From the NCBI GenBank assembly GCA_002633005.1, contig NMRA01000335.1, positions 372,001-436,000 on the forward strand: a stretch of 64,000 nt of DNA. The letters run 5' to 3'. Positions 24,086 to 38,775 of this stretch are shown here, piece by piece (within the stretch, counting starts at the first letter, position 1; each line of letters begins with the position of its first letter). The position numbers were made by a program, and so were the translations under genes. The DNA comes from Phoronis australis (lineage: Eukaryota > Animalia > Phoronida). The notes below the pieces were generated by a model, which saw nothing but the letters and a program-made list of their open reading frames with translations, was not told where the DNA came from and searched no databases.

Positions 24086-25329
24086 CTAGAACGAAAAGAA
24101 CACAAACATTAGAGACATGACGACCATATAACAAAACCAGTACTATCGCCAAAGTAATTCAAACAGCCATGGTGAGGATATCTAGGCCAGTTATCATTAT
24201 TTTGGCAAATGTTGTGAGCCAAACCGCCCTTTTTGCATGCTGCACCGCTCTTGAAGAAAGGCCGTTTCATGTGAAATGAATATTCATACGAATGCAGGCA
24301 CCTCTCCACAGCATAAGGAACACATATTAACGTCCGTCAGTAAAATTTACCGCCATCTCCTAAACTTCCTTAGCGACGCCGATTTGGTCAAGCTAATTTC
24401 AAACGGCAATAACTAATTCATGTTAGCAATGGTGAATCTTACAGTTGAATCAATCAATCAACTCCAGTCTGTCCACGGTGTTATGTAATTAGGAAGGCCA
24501 ACTTGCAGCATTAGGGATTCCAAGTACTATGATTCCATCACAAAACATGAACTTAAGTCCTGTTGTGTAGGGCCTTAAGGTGTCGCTCAAAATGGGTGTT
24601 GACACTACTTCATTATATACTATGTTTTGATTGCATCTACTAGAAGAAATAATTTTGAAAATTCTGAAGTTTGGGAAAAACACTACTAATTTTCCACAAT
24701 TAATGTTTTTAATGGCTGTGATGGGTCTTCTAGTCAATACATTTGGCATGGTAAAGCCACCTCAAACTTAATTCATCTCAAAAGTAGCGAGTCAATGAAC
24801 GACCAATTTACACCTGTTGGAATAAGGAATCGTATCTTTGGAATTATAATTGGCAGAGACCTCCCGTTTCCGCTGGAAATGTTATATGATTAAGTTTCGC
24901 ATCCTTCTGTTTTGTTTTTATCCCATTTTCACTACTATTCTGCTGAATAGGCATTCATTATGAGGCCCACTCTCGCATATTCGAAATAATATGCTTTTTC
25001 AAAAAACAAATTTTGGTTGAAATGTTTCACACACAAGAGCATCCACATAAATTTGACTTAAAATTGAAAGCACTTGTCTGTTCCTTTTACATGTGCAGGT
25101 TTTAGAGGTGTTACCTGTGTCTTCTTGACTATTAGTAATATTTTATAGTTCAAAAGTGTAAAATTTCGTAAAAATCAAACAAATAAATTCTAAAATCATA
25201 ACTTTTAAAGCTTTCAAACCTAACTGTAATTTAAAATGCTTGAATTTCATTGTGTTTGTTGATCACAGTAGTACATCAACTTTGAAAATGCTTCCTATTT
25301 ACTTTTGTTGAAAACTTTGACAAAATACT

Positions 25330-25811
25330 CAAGGTACCTACACTACATGGTTAACAGACTCATAAACACAGTCATGGACGCATGAACACGACTCACGCAC
25401 CTGCAAACACCATTCACTGACTCACAAACATGGGAACGGACTCACAAAACACGATCCATTCACCCAAATGCACGGGACACGGACTCACATTCACGAAGAA
25501 ACCCGGTTGACGGACCGCCAAACACGGCTTACAGACAAAATGTAGATGTCAGCTGACCCAGGAAGCCGATGAGTCCGTGACCCGTGTTTATGGGATGCTT
25601 TATCGGAGTGAACCATGTTTGGCATTCCATTAACCGTGTTTCTTCGTGAATGTGAGTCCGTGTCTCGTGTATTTTGGTGAATGAATCGTGTTTTAGTGAG
25701 TCTGTTCACGCGTTTGTGAGTCCGTGGACGGTGTTTGCAGGTACGTGAGTCGTGTTCATGCGTCCCTGACCGTGTTTATCAGTCCGTTAACCATGTAGTT
25801 TAGGTACCTCG
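25330..25811. mobile_element. Fold-back MITE with imperfect inverted arms of about 190 bp and ATACT TSD
   Basis: caaggtacctacactacatggttaac... pairs with ...gttaaccatgtagtttaggtacctcg. atact at 25325-25329 and 25812-25816. Confidence 0.85.
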
Positions 25812-28364
25812 ATACTCATTCACAGTTCAGCCACAATGTATTTTAATTTGAAGAAACTCCGTTCTCGTTTTGTAACCTCAACTCATCCACATAATATTTC
25901 ACTTAGTTCAGTATTTCACATTTAGGCAGCGTGTCCCTAATTCTAGGTAAAGACCTAGCTTCATATACAGGTGCAGGGGCCTAAACATGCACTCATGGGC
26001 TAAGTCATGCATATGTTGCTACCACTGCATCATCCAACCAGTGTTATCTGTTGTCTTCAGGATATCGCACAGCAATGTTATACTTTCAGTTTTGGAAAAA
26101 ATGAACTTGACATTTTTTGACAATGACTGCTGATGTATATTGGACAAACTTTTTGTACTCCTTCCTGAAACTGTTGTAGATCACCGTATCATTCTTAGCA
26201 ACATCATCAATCATGACCAGGTGATAGTAACAGTATATAAAATGATCTACACAAAATCAACCACCCCGAAATTCACAGCTTATTGGTATCACCTAACCAC
26301 TGTCCATACTGCTGTAATAAGAACTGAATTTAAGAGTAAATTGTGTTTTGAGAAGATAACTTAACAATTTAATTCCATCTAAATAGTTTCATAACAATTT
26401 TCCATCTGGAACAATTGAAGTAACCTTCATGTGTGTTACCTACTAACATCTTGAAAGCGATGACACATCGTGACAGCCGTCGCATGATGGTTTACACAAA
26501 CCATTTTTCGCAACAATTGACAAAAAGGAACTTGTAAGCCATTGGCATGTTATAAAACTCAAAGAGTTCACAAGTTTATCATATCTAGCAAATGGCTTTT
26601 GTCTAAAGGACATGTTACGTGTTTTGGAACGAAAGTCTTCATAATTGCTTTTTCCTACGTAAATTCATGTGATAGCGAGAAGTACTGATAATTGTTTTGT
26701 TTGTTCCTATAAAAGATATAATTACACATAATTGTTTCAACTGTCTAATCCAACCTATGACACTGTCCTATGATTGGTGGAAATCCTGACCACATGTTTT
26801 ACCTGGCGATATCATTGGATGTTCTAACTAATCAGGATATGTGGTCCCACAACAAAGTGCATGGCAAATACCATAAGCTTGTGAAAATGATACAATACTA
26901 ACCAATCTACCCCACAATATGGCAGACAAACCAAATTCTATGTTTCACTTTTCTTAACAAAGTACTAGAAGCAGAAAACAAAGGTTTTAGCAGTCTTCAA
27001 GTTAGTGTAGCTACCATGGGATATTTTCAGAAACTGCAAACTAAGGCATTCATAACAACATTGAAAGCTTTAGAAAAATGAAAAACAGCAAATTTTGGCA
27101 AATACTTGTTTGTACAAGACTGGATTCAACTTAATTGTATATGTTAAGGATCAAAAAACATAAAAAAGGACAATGTTCAGTGACAGGTATGCTTGACATT
27201 TTTATATTTCTTGGTTTTCAATGTTTTTGCTCACACGATATCACCAGCACATTAACTTTTAGAGATGACAAGTTCGAGGAAAATTATTAACCCTTACGCG
27301 GTCTTCAAATTCAAACGCATTACGGCAAAACTGTAAAATTTTATTTGATCAAAATTTTCAACAAGAAGATAATTTTACTTCATTAATTAGAAAATTTTAT
27401 ATACTGTAGTACGGCAATTTTTAATAAACACACATTTTTTAACATTTTTGGCAATACTGTGAGCGAAAAAAAATGCAATTCGCCCATTACTTATTGTTTG
27501 AATTTGAGGAAACTTTACTGGACCTTTTCAGTGCAAGCCAGAACAGTGGAATGGCAGGTCAACTATAATGGTCCATGAAGTGTTTGTTATAAACCATGTG
27601 AACAAGTGTGACTCACAGCTAGTTCCTTGTAACTTGTAAGTGATGCATTGTAGACTGAAGAAATTTAAGTATACCATGCACTCAGAAGGAATAAAGCGGA
27701 CAAAGGATATCTTATTAAATGTCACTGATCCAGTACAATACTGAAATGCACTGTTAGTAATAACAACTAGCTTCACTAGTAATGACAAACAGGCTTGAAG
27801 AACCAGTGTATGAGGCATTACACCAGTCATTATTGAGAAGATCAGACAAAAAAAGAACTTGAATGTCACAGATTCCAGGGCACAGGGTACAAGGAATAGA
27901 AAACAGGGCAATGACGGCATAAATGGACTGAATAACATGTTCACAAATAAGGTTAGCAGGTGGCTGAAGACCAGACACAACAACCATTAATTTACAAGCT
28001 GACAAATGTTGAACTGAATTTTGTTGCATAACAGAGAATATTCACAATTGAGTCTGGAACAAATTCTCAGAAAAGCAGGTACCACAAGAAATCCAACAGA
28101 GTTAAATGACCACACCTGGCTTCACTGACCACAGGACTGCACTCAGTGTCCACAGTGAATGAGTACAACAAGGGAAGGTCCAAATAATGGCCTGCAGAAC
28201 CAATATCAGTATTATACACGGCATAGTGGAGTAGCTAACCAATGATGGTGAACAGAATACATTTTTTCAATTAAGTTACAAGAGCAGCGAAAAGCACTGA
28301 AATGCACAAAGAACTACGCTGCAAACAGTATAGAGAGGGTTACCATTATCCCATAATATAAGGA

Positions 28365-28985
28365 ATAAAATGGCCACTAGGGGGTGTATCATCAGCCAAA
28401 TCCATCTAAAACCAGGAAATTAACTCCTTGGTAAAACTTTTATTTGCAAGATTTCATGAATTTTTCTAACCAGCAGCACACAAACAAAACAACAAATTGC
28501 CACTGGGGGTGCCACAGTGGTCAGATTTGTCCCAAAATAAACATCAGGCAAAATCAACTCTTAGTGGAACACATAATATGGTATGCTAAATTTCATGAAG
28601 ATCCACCAAGAAGCTAGGTAAATATTGAGGCACAGGGAAAAAAACATATTTGTCACAAGGAGGTAACCAAGATAGCTGGACCCATCACCTCAGTCCCGAA
28701 CACAAAAAATGATAAAATGTATAACGAGACAATAACGCTAGATGAGTGAAGCGGACATCTAAAATAAGATGCAACACTTAAAAAAGCCACCAGGGAGACA
28801 CAGATTATGTTGAATCTAAAATAAGATGAAAAATTTTAAGAAACGCCACTAGGGTGGCACAGAATACGTTGAATCTATCCAATAATGAAAACGTGTCATT
28901 GTCTTTTAAACAGTGGCCTCACTTGATTGAAAGAGAGGCATACATAAAAATAGTTAAAACTTCACTAGGATGGTGCTGTTTAAGC
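28365..28985 (+). repeat. Older relative of the 10190-11260 element
   Basis: Shares aaaatggccactagg, aaatttcatgaagatcc and gttgaatct-type segments. Boundaries are approximate. Confidence 0.6.
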
Positions 28986-31900
28986 CAGGAATAACAGTGT
29001 AAATGTAGAACTTAAATAACTATCATGCAATCTTTAACCTGAGTTCAGAAATTATAAGCTGTAGATCTGTCAAACTGAAGTCTGCAGAGACAATCCTGTC
29101 ATTGGTATGAAAGAAAACCAACAAAAGCCGACAACTAATAACAATTCATCATTTCAAGGAATTCTACCTTTCATAACTACATTCAACCCATCTGGTCTTT
29201 CATAACAATTGAACAGCAGTTTTGTGAAGTCTCTAGCAGACTTTGCCATGACTGTCCAAAAGGATTAACAGCTGGGTATGGAAGTGTGGGTAGACACATT
29301 GGTAAACAAAATGTATATGACCATGACTCAATGTTCATAAAACACAGTGAACACATTATGTGGGTGAAGTGATCACCAGGGGATGATCATTACTAGTCAA
29401 CAACTTCACACTTTACTGTCATGTAGGAAGGAGGAACATGACTAATAATGTTGTCATCACCTGGTCACTACCACATTACTTAAGTAGACAAAAACATACA
29501 GGAAGTTTAAGCCCCCAACGGTTCCATGCTTTTGGGTCTGTTATAGGGTGGAACCCTTTGTTTATTTCTTGTAAATGACGAGTTACAGTGGAGCATAATT
29601 GCATATGATGGAACTATCAACCAAACTAAGTTCACTGACAACATCAATGGGAAGATTCACCATTGTTCACAATTTCTGCTGGGCTTAACTAGCCCAGCCT
29701 GGGTTTTTAAAGACACAAATTGCTGTCAGGGCCCTCGACGCCTTAAGTTTATGGGGACAAATATTGGCTCCATTCCTTTCTGAAAAATATTTTTAATCCA
29801 TATGAAATTCCCATAATCAGGCCCAAATATTCACAACCAATGACTAAAAGTTTTGAATAATTTATAACTCACACAATTTCTCCAATTGGAGGCGACCGAG
29901 GGGCAATGAGGATTTTCCCCTCACATGAAAAAATTTCCACTCAGAAAGCACAGTACCTTTCTTCTCAAGTATGCGAGGGTCTTGGCTATTTCCAAATTAA
30001 AACATCAGGAGAGCTCAGAATTTCAGGTAAATTAGGCAACAGTTTGCTAACACGTACATTCCAAGTATTCATACAAATTCTTTACTTGTTCATCTCCACA
30101 GGTCCTCCTCATCAACAATTTCCATCATTTTTGTTTTCAAAGCAAATCCTTCAATTTTTCACTGGTTTTCTACTAGAAATGTCCCCTGCTTTTTCTGAAT
30201 TTTCAATTAAAACTTTAAAAGAAAGATAATTTCAAAAAGCGCAATGCAGAGCACTGATATGAGCTCACCATTAGCACCAAATGCACCACAGACGCAATGG
30301 ATAACCATTATGAAATCAAGTGAAAGTAATCACATTCTTTATTATGCTAAAATTTTAACTGGAAAAAGTTTAGCATTGGGACATGATTTCCTTAGGGATT
30401 TCAAAATACATGGGAGTGCAGCTGTTAATTTAAGAGCAGGCTGGAAAATGACCCACGGACTCAACAAGTATTTGACCACATACATGATGACCCAAAAAAG
30501 GTATTCCATTTTTGTCTGCCGCTATGTTATGATGGTCTGGATTTTGACCTCGCGTGGGCACATTCCTATCAGTCTTAGGAAGCCCACCTGAGTGCAGAGC
30601 AAAACACTTATTTGTCATGAACATTCGATGGACTCCAGAAGTGAGTAGGATTATGAAAAAGACATCACCATTACTAACAACGGGTGCTATTTAACCCAAT
30701 CACATAACAGCCTTGTTTTGCCAGACAAGTAACTGTTTATGCATTATGTAGGCAGAGTGGCAGACTATATACACACAAGAGATGACTCTTGAGACCAGCA
30801 CACTAGCTGTGGTCTCACCAAAGATGAGTCAATTCAGACCACAACTCAAGGGATAGTGAACCTGCCAGACTTGTTTACTACAGCTAACAGTCATTAGGAG
30901 TGAACTGGAATTTGACCCAAACATGGTGATAAGTCAAGTCAGCAAACAGCCTTGTCAACTTCATGCCTAGGGCCAGTGTAGGCTGGAGGTGTAGATCAGA
31001 GGAGACAGAGTACTGACAAAATGTAAAGTGGTGCAGTAAGTCTGAATTAGAGGTCATAACGATCAGCCATCTTCCAAATCTGACGAACAGTTTCAAGGAG
31101 CAACAAACTCATGCCTTTAAAAAAACTTCTTGACAACAACCTCGTGTTGTTCCTTCCTCATTTAAGACTCAATTTCTAGGCTTGATATGAATTGACAGAT
31201 TTTCCTTTCCTTCGGTGGACAAGGCTTGTGAATCGGCTTGCCTCGCTGGACTTCCCAAAGCACTATGACACTCAAAACGTGGTTTCCATTGGTTTGAAGA
31301 ATCCACTTCTTTGATAACAAGTTATCAGAATGAAGCCTTTGGCAGACCTGCCAATGGTTGATCACATCACAGATCACATGTTCTATGAGTGTTCACACAG
31401 GTAAAATTTTCAGAAGATGATTCTTCAGACGACCGATCTACCCTACGATCGGATATCATGCGGAAAAGAACCTTGCAAGTTTATGGATAAACAGGGGTGT
31501 TGAACATTAGGAAGAAGACTACACATCCCCCATATAACCGATTAGTGGAACATGCCAGACATCCTCAACCTTCCCCTCTCTAAGGAGCGACGAAACCCCT
31601 GAAGTAATAGGCAGCAGTAAGCATGTGCAGTGATGTATTGTGTCTACCGCCAACACCATCTGCTACAGTGATGACACGTGACCACGAAGACGCAGTAATG
31701 CTGCCTACTAATTCTACATAAAAATAAATTGCCAAAATTGTCATTTCCCCTGTTACAAAAGATGAATACTTTAAAAATAATGGAATATTTACAAAGAGTT
31801 GTTTTACGATACATACATTCCGTACAAGCTATGCTACTAATATACTGAAAATTTCTAAATACTTATTTTTAAGGAGAAATTTGTCAAAATAGTTTTACTT

Positions 31901-32002
31901 GTTGGTCATAATGTATGCAAGTAAGTGAAAAATTAGCGGACAGTGTAACTTGTCAACAAGAGGCATCAACATATGAAATAAAATGCAGGCAAACAAGATG
32001 AA

Positions 32003-32085
32003 ACCAACGAAGCATTAACTATCTCCATCATTTGTGTGAATGACCAACGAAGCATTAACTATCTCCATCATTTGTGTGAATGACC
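32003..32085. repeat. Exact tandem duplication, 2 x 40 bp
   Basis: accaacgaagcattaactatctccatcatttgtgtgaatg occurs twice. Confidence 0.93.
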
Positions 32086-35000
32086 TGCAGGCCGGAAGAC
32101 ACCTGGATCACATGCTTCATGATCAACATTAATATACCATCATGATAACCAGATGGGGACACAAATCATTAACAGCAAAAACAACGAGAGCAGTTACAAC
32201 AGCCCACTGTAAACTGTTCAGACTGATACACCAGGTCAGTAATTAGCACTCCGTCACATAAAGGTATTATTTATTCATTTCAATTAATACCAACAAGTAT
32301 TCAGCGAAATGTGAGAAGAAAGAAAACCAGCTCAAATGCCAGATGTTGGAAAACAAAAACTCTGGAGAGAGAAAGGAAAATTCAAGTTAATATCTATAGT
32401 TTTGTAGGTACTTGGGAAAAACAAACTTTTTGATAAGGCCCTACATTACCTTATATACGGTAACTCCCCACTTATTTCGCACGAAAATAATTGCTAATGA
32501 GTTTTATTTTTCCATTTTTCAAAAGCTGATTACTTCACTACAAATAAGAGAAAATTTGCCAAATCTTATTTCATGATACATCAACACTAACAAACATGCT
32601 AGTAAATAGACAAAGATGTTCTTATTGTTAAATACACATTTGCAAAGAAATTTGGCAAAAGAGAATTTCCCTTGCTGGCGTCACCGTATATACCAAACGG
32701 TGAAGAACTACCTTGAAAATTCGCCAACAACGTAATCATGCTACCCATCCAAGCGTTAATACCCCTGGTTGAGGGGTGTTGGGCATGCACCAGTCAAATA
32801 AAACTGGAAGGTCAGGTAGAAACTTAAAGACATGACAGTTGTCTATTTTAACATACCTTGTAGCTAACATTCAGGCCAGAATGATGGACATTCACAAACA
32901 TAGAGTTCTCAAAGATGTCTCTATCATATAAATATGGCATGGGGATTTAAAAATGAAAGTTTACAAATTTCATAGGTGTTCAATCAAATGTGGTATCATT
33001 CCAGATGAGGTCAGCAAGTACTTGATCCTCATTTTGCTAATTACAACATTGATTTTTTCCACATAAAATAACAGTTATAAGAAAGCCAACTGGTAGCTCT
33101 GAAATACGATAATGAAGATGTCACAATCAGTCACTGGTATTGCATAATGGAATCCTTCCCAAGCAATAATTTTCAAGTAAAAATAAAGATTTAGATTTTC
33201 TGACTGAGTTGATGGTTTGTGGGGAAGCTAAACTTGTGAGTGGGCAGAACGGAAAAGTATTATTTTGTATTTTAAAATCAGAATCCAAAGTATCGTCACA
33301 AGAAAAAAAAAAACAACAAATCAAATTTGTAGGAGATTTGACTGAAAAACATTCATTGATTTTTCACAAACTTTTATCATGGCCAGCATTTTTGAGAATA
33401 AAAATCGCAACTTAAAGTGTCACATGACCATTTTGAGTTCGTGGCGACTGTTAAAAATGCATGGTGAAACTTTTAAGAAAATAATTGATCATCACAACAA
33501 AGAATCTTATAAACAAATGACTTATTTATGTGCACACTCAAATCAAGTCGATAGTGAATTGTTTATTTGGTAAACTGGAAATAGAAATTATAGTTAATCT
33601 TAAACAAAATGAACTAAATTGTAATCAACAAAAAAGCCGCCTTCCACACTTTGGCAATCAGATAATTATATCTCAATTTTAAATATGCTGCCAATTGCAC
33701 TTAACACTAGAAAACAAACAGGAAGTTTTGAGCAGGAGTTCACTTATTTTGTGGTCACGCAAGACTAGACAAGTGCCTGAGTGAAAAACAACTTTATGAC
33801 AAGCGACACAAATCATGACTTCGACTAGCAAACACATTTGAACAAAATGGTAACAACACAATATGTTTGTCACTTTGCGTGTACATAATAATATAAGACA
33901 TCAGGAGACATTAATTATTTCTTTCCAACCGCGTTTATTATTCATTCCAAGAATTTACATATATACTAGTAGCAATGTAGTAATTATTGGCTTCATACAG
34001 TGTTCTGCAATCTGAATTAACTGCCACACCTCCCTGACAGACACGCCCGGTACTTTAAAGTATCCAATAGTTTTCAACAAAAATGAGATGTCCATATGTG
34101 GCATACTACACAAGGCACATACATACATTCTAGTACATACAATCAGCTTGTTACAAGAAAAATTATGCAGAAGAGCCATAGGAAAAGATTAAAATGAATA
34201 CTCACAATGCAGCCTGTGCAGAAATAAAATCAATATTGAGCAAGAGAATTCAAGGAGAATTCAATAAGTACAGACCAAGTTGGACCAACAATTTCAAACA
34301 CTGGAGTCTGGTGAACGGACGTCCAAACTTTTTTGGGTCCATTTAAATGTCTATGGGATCATGAAAACATCCCGGAAGTCTTTAGAGTCAGAAGGAAGAA
34401 AGTGGCAAAAGTTGTAGATCGTAGTTCAATCAAGAAAACAAGGGGAGATAACTAAGAAATGATGTAAAAACACAGCACTGTCAAATCCTAAAAGGGAATT
34501 GCATGAGGTCTGGTACTGTGGTGCACGTCACGCAGGTCGCTCAGGTGCACCCATTGTACTGATCACCTGGAACCATCAAAACAAACTGAGAAGCCAGAGA
34601 TCTGACTCATGGGTCTTGCAGTGTGCTCCCGTGGGACTCCAACCCATGCCAAACACTCTAGGTACAGTGACCTTTAATAATTAAATTGAACAAAACTTGG
34701 AAAAATAGAAATCTGACAGCAACCGTGATGAATAACGATGCACTGTCAGAGGTATTCATCCCCAAAGAAATGGTGTACAAAAACTTACAAATTAGTTAAC
34801 TCTCTGGATTATATTAAATTCGAACTTTTGAATATAACCATGAAAATCAAATGCATTCCCAGCCTGGACAATCACAAACAAATAACAAGTAATCAATCAA
34901 CATCAAATTCTGAGGAAATTGACATTGTAGTTGGTTTAAATCATGATTCTTAGTCAATTTTCAAGGTACAAGAATGGATAAGCCATTAATAGGTCACAAG

Positions 35001-38000
35001 TCTATTTTTTCCGATGTTTGAACTAAGGCCTCCTCCACGATATCCCAAAATCACCTATGTTTAAAGTACACAATTTATCCAAAGTTCTCCCTACGTGCAT
35101 ATAAACATGATGCAGCATCCATATCATCTCTCTGCATCCAGATCAACTCTCTGAAAAACTGTCGAACATTTTCAAAGAACAAAATGTAGGCATGTCACAA
35201 AGCCTTTTATACCACACCTAGTGGGTTGGTCTACCTGAATTACAAGACAGACAACAACAATAAATGCGAGGTGCTATATATGATGGAGTGCCCAGATTGT
35301 ACAGCAAATTACGTAGGTGAGAGCGATCGGAATTTAGGAACCAGAAGGAAGGAACATTTTTGATTGTTTTTAGACAAGGAAAAGTTGTCACGGTGCGAAT
35401 TGTCCCAGTGTGACTTACTCTACTTAAGTCGCATTTACACGACATTAAACTGCAAACTGGATCAGCACAAGTCATTTACATGCAAAGACTGTCTGCGCAT
35501 GCTCGCATAAACAATAACGAACGTCCAAACCACGCTGAATGCTAGCGAATCACTCGCATGTACGCTATTACGCAAGAGCACTGAATGACCTCTTTCCGCC
35601 CTCCACCAGTTGTGTTCAGATGTGGGGCCAGTGCTGGTAGCACGAAATACGAGAATCAGTTGAAATTATGTGGAATAAACCACAGATAAACACAGACGGC
35701 AGTTACGAGTTACCTGTCATCTACCAAGATACCTCATTTCCCATGACAGCCACCAGGAGTGTGGACACTATTCACACTGCTACAAGTTGACACATGGATG
35801 ACAGCTTAACTCATCTTATGGAGGTAGGACAACATGTTCTAAGGTAACTTGTCCCATCGCACATCTGCACACAAGCCCATAGAAATGTACCAGCTGTACG
35901 CTTGCTCAGTTACATAGTTACATATATGATGTCTAAAGCTTTTAACGTCATACTGTATTCATAATTACGTTGGGGTAGGATGTGTCGTGTGGACGCTCGG
36001 CTCACACGGGGCTAGAGGTGTTAAGGCAAGTTGTGTAGACATGACTATCGATAAGGCAACGTTCTGTGAAGATGCGGACATAAAAAACAGGGTTAGAAAC
36101 ATTAATGAAAATGAAAATGAAAATCATCAATTTCGGCAATAATTTTAGTCCAAAAATGGTGATATTTCCTAGAACAATGGACGGTCACCTGGTAACAGTT
36201 CAGATGTTCACTAACACAACAACAACCAACAACAAGAAAATAGACGAACTTCACAAAGCAAACCTTGAAAGCAGAAGCGACATTACTCAGAAGCCAGGAA
36301 GTTAAACATTGACATTGATCGAGTTTATGCTAAAGATCAGCAAAGTTCAAACTAGAAGATGAAAACAAGTTCGAGACGATTTTACACGTCAAAAAACACC
36401 ATGTGTGAGCGCCATCCCAAAACACTGATATACCGTTATACAAAAGCCAAATGCCCTAACAGCATGACTGATAAAATATTCTAAGCAGTGAAATATTTCC
36501 CAGCATTGCTTGTGAGTGTGATGGAATACGTATCCCAACTACCTTCTCACAAAAATCTCCACTACCTCTGAGTCAAAAATTTGGTTGAGCAAAATAGCTG
36601 CAAAAATGTTTATGGAAACCGAAAGCGTTGGTTTCTTTTTTGAGGATTTAATTTATCCTTCTGACAAACAAAGAAAAACAACATGACCCACTGAAATACA
36701 ATTGCATGACATGCAATTGTGAAAACACAACTTGTACTGGAGCACTGGCAACAATGTGACAACACCAAGCCCCAGTGTCCAAACGGAAAGAAAATATTTT
36801 TTTAAATTATTGTTATTAATTTCATCAACATTCAATGTTGATTTACGACATTCATCAGCGAAAACACTTGACAAATTGTAAAATTTTTCAACTTTATAAC
36901 AAATTTATGGCAGTAAAATTTAATTTCATGGAAATTCTAAAAGAAATTTTGGGAAACAACTTTTGCTTCATTGTTAGCAGTTTGTATAGTAAGACTGTCA
37001 TCAGCCTGTACATGGTGAAAATCTGAACAATTTCAATAAAGCAGTAAGCTTTACAAATCAAAATTGGCAGTGTTGGTAAATAACATTTTAAGACATTTTA
37101 TTGTACAAAGGTATTCATACTGCTTCTGTGACTAATTCTAAGTTGATGTTTACAGTTCTACACGATCAAACAAAGAAATGGCATCTGGTCATATTTGTCA
37201 TTTGACAACAGCAATTATAAAAAGTTTGTGGCTAAGAATCTGGTGCAAAATTTGAACAAACACTTGAGTAAAAACAGTTGTTGGATGACAACATAGACGT
37301 AAAGTGCTTAAAATGACCAAGTTCATATCAAAAACATCAAAAAACAACCCCAACAGTCTATCAGCTGTCACATAAGAAAACCCGCAAACACTATCTGAAA
37401 ACACGTTAATTACCTGATGTTGAGTTACAAGCATCTATTGGTCGAAACATACTACCTAAAATTGTGACTACCAATCACAGCACTAGTCGTCCTCCATTTT
37501 GTTTAGTGTGAAAAGTCGACAGATGTTACTGCTAGTTTTCCTTGGTTTATGGTATGTTTGAACCAAAGAAACTCGAGTGTTCGTAGAATCGACATACCGG
37601 CGATTGGAACATTCCTAAATCACACCAAAGTCCGTGGAGCTAAGAAACTTTCAATTGAAGCCGCTTTTCTTTGTTTTTTGGATATTGAATTGTGAGCTAT
37701 ATATGAAGGTTAAATAATGATGCTGACAATAAAGTCACTTGTCAACATAAAATAAACGGTTTAAGCACTTTAAGGCCCTTCCACACTAACTATGATGTTG
37801 AAAAACATGTAGGGAGAACACTGGAATTTTAAGAACAGTCCTAAGAATTCTTATCAAAGTTAATACTTTTGAAGTGCATTTGACATACGGTATTCTAAGA
37901 AAATTATATTTTGATCGCAATGACGCGATGATCCATGGTAGAAACAACATGATTCAAGGATTCGTTTCACTTCTAATTAAGTAAAAATTGGTAGACAAAA

Positions 38001-38384
38001 TAGCAGAATTTATTTCACTGAAATTTAAACAACACACCAAAACCAGATGAACAGGATAAATTACACATCTAAAAATAATTGTCAAAATTGCCCTTTTTCA
38101 TTTTCAAAGGCTTCAAATTCAAATATCTTTGTAAATGCCCAATTTTTTCCAAATGTTTTCTGATAGTAGTTATGATACAGACCCTGAAAATGATAAAGTA
38201 ATAACTTGATGTCATCATCTTATAATTTCACTTGTCCGCCATGTTTTGTCCTAAATAATTTGCCTAGCAGAAATTTCTAACATTAAAAAAGGCAGAAATT
38301 GACACCCTTTGTAAGCAGACGACCACTGTTTCTGGTGGAAGTTTTCGGATTTTCATTTGTGTGGATAGATCATTACAAGGGCTA

Positions 38385-38775
38385 TCACAAATGTTCCATT
38401 TTGTTTTTCTCTAGGTCTTACCGTTCTCGACTTATTTGAGATTTTCCGGGTACTAGTCTCCAATTAATTGAGTTTTATGCAGTATCTTCCGCGTCCCTTT
38501 ACGAACCCGTTTGGTGTGTTGATAGATCTTTTCAAGCACTATCACCATTGTGTAATCTGTTTCATGCAACGACTTCTAATGATCTCGCAACATTTGAGAT
38601 TTACTGCTTAGATGACCATTCTTTTATTTATTTATCGCTGCACTTTGTGCTAGAGATCGCATTTTTTGTCTGAAATTGACGTACAGTGTTTATTTAGTCA
38701 ATAGCCCAAGGACTTTTGTTTTTGGGTGAAATACAACGCAAGACTACGCTGTGACGGTCATTTTTCAAATTATGG
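38385..38775 (+). repeat. Interspersed repeat; uninterrupted relative of the element flanking the LTR retrotransposon
   Basis: Colinear with 52225-52475 joined to 58261-58390 (ctctaggtcttacc, gatagatcttttcaagcact, gagatttactgct, gctgcactttgt, gtgctaga, caatagccc). Confidence 0.8.
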
